Source: a virus (lineage: Duplodnaviria; Caudoviricetes). Taken from it: a DNA stretch of 26,544 nucleotides. Both the position numbers and the translations under genes were made by a program. Where the stretch lies: positions 1-26,544 of the IMG/VR virus record IMGVR_UViG_3300021446_000228; one strand, written 5' to 3'. The first letter of the stretch is position 1, and every line of letters begins with the position of its first letter. The notes below the pieces were generated by a model. That model saw nothing but the letters and a program-made list of their open reading frames with translations. It searched no databases and was not told the DNA's origin. Shown here one piece after another: positions 25,572 through 26,544 of the stretch.

Positions 25572-26543
25572 TCATTGATCCTCCTGACTTTGTTCGAGGG
25601 GAACGATCTCATTCTCTTCGTTGGGCTTCACGTTCTCCGCCCGATGCTTAACCCGGTCCCCACGATCTCTGGGATCCCACCATTCTCTTTTGTAGCCGTT
25701 GGGAACCCTTCCGCCCATTTGGAGGGGATTGCATTGATGGGGACATAGGTCAGGATAAGAACAACCAAACTTCGTGCAGGACTGCGGATTCCGAGGGAAA
25801 GCAACCATTATATCGTCGGAAGGGCTGCACTCGGCCAGTTGCTGCATGTTCCACTTGATTTGCTTGACCCAATGGTTCGTTTCCCAGAGCCAAACGTTCA
25901 TCATTCCACCTCTTCGCCGTTGGGGGAGGCGCACGAACTCATTGCCTTTCTTCCTTAGGATAGAGCCGTTGATCTTAACGCCCTGGACAGGGGCCTCGTT
26001 GTGCCCAAAGAGGCAATGGAGGACATGGATGTAGGTTCCGACCTGGGTGATTAGTTCCCATTTGTCTGCCCATTTTTGGGACTTCCTCCCCGTTGTCTTG
26101 TGTTCCATCGACCAATAGCCATCATTATCTTTGATGAGGCTATCGACCTTCCAATAGATCTTGTCGCCCTCTTCGTTGATGGGAGCAGTTCCCGCTACTT
26201 CGGTGTAAAGGGTCTCGAAGCTATCGCCTGACCACGCCTGGGTATATTCAGCAAGGGCCTCCAGGGCGTTCTGGGGGTTCTTCGAGGCATGGCCTGGCTC
26301 AAGCCATTCGTTGGGAAACGCCTCGTTGTAGGCATCCATGAAGCGCTCATAAGCCTCCTGGACGGACTCTGCACTATAATCATTGTTCATGAGGTACTCC
26401 ATCGCCTCATGCCATCCCTTTCCGAAAACCAGATGGATGTTTGGACTCTCGGGACGGATGCCCAGGAGATGGTTGTAGAAGTACCGACGGGGACAGTCCT
26501 GAAAGGTCTGGATCTTACTGCTGTCATAAACGGAGAAGGTTTC
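25572..26543 (-). CDS. PD-(D/E)XK exonuclease, Cas4/AddB-like with 4-Cys staple (5'-truncated)
   Basis: The frame stays open to the window edge: ETFSVYDSSKIQTFQDCPRRYFY...FGKGWHEAM. Catalytic motifs E...KVD...EHKT and QVGTY. C-terminal CTKFGCSYPDLC. Confidence 0.85.
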   Translation of the reverse strand, partial: ETFSVYDSSKIQTFQDCPRRYFYNHLLGIRPESPNIHLVFGKGWHEAMEYLMNNDYSAESVQEAYERFMDAYNEAFPNEWLEPGHASKNPQNALEALAEYTQAWSGDSFETLYTEVAGTAPINEEGDKIYWKVDSLIKDNDGYWSMEHKTTGRKSQKWADKWELITQVGTYIHVLHCLFGHNEAPVQGVKINGSILRKKGNEFVRLPQRRRGGMMNVWLWETNHWVKQIKWNMQQLAECSPSDDIMVAFPRNPQSCTKFGCSYPDLCPHQCNPLQMGGRVPNGYKREWWDPRDRGDRVKHRAENVKPNEENEIVPLEQSQEDQ

Positions 26544-26544
26544 C

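Noticed and set aside
25572-26543. Cas4-like gene as part of a CRISPR-Cas system
   Set aside because: No cas1, cas2 or array in the window; the Sak4/SSB context indicates a standard phage recombination module.
1-26544. Alternative genetic code
   Set aside because: All major genes read intact in the standard code and end in TAA, TAG or TGA at sensible boundaries.

Overview
A 26.5-kb segment of a tailed dsDNA phage with podovirus-like (T7/P22-type) gene order; no host, integrase or repressor genes are visible. The + strand (1-17527) carries the virion module: terminase large subunit (5'-truncated), portal, small protein, scaffold, a possible decoration protein, major capsid protein, adaptor, nozzle, a GNAT-like protein and three ejection proteins, the largest with an ART-PolyVal-like ADP-ribosyltransferase domain. 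The - strand (17547-26544) carries a convergent replication/recombination module: Cas4/AddB-like nuclease (5'-truncated), Sak4-like ATPase, SSB-like protein, two small proteins, a DUF1937/NDT-like protein, an [Rmf-like]-ParB-HTH-DNA methyltransferase fusion, a UDG-exonuclease-PolA fusion and a DUF3987 P-loop protein. The strongest unexplained signal is five copies of a 25-bp palindrome, KGAA-NN-GTGAA-WWW-TTCAC-NN-TTCM. They sit at gene boundaries every 3.8-6.9 kb, one just downstream of the ParB-methyltransferase gene and one between convergent stop codons. The half-sites resemble parS half-sites in reversed order, suggesting a phage ParB-clamp/parS-like methylation system (hypothesis). A 66-nt tRNA-like element lacking an anticodon arm lies at 23980-24045 (-). 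All protein assignments come from motif recognition and synteny by eye; no database searches were run.
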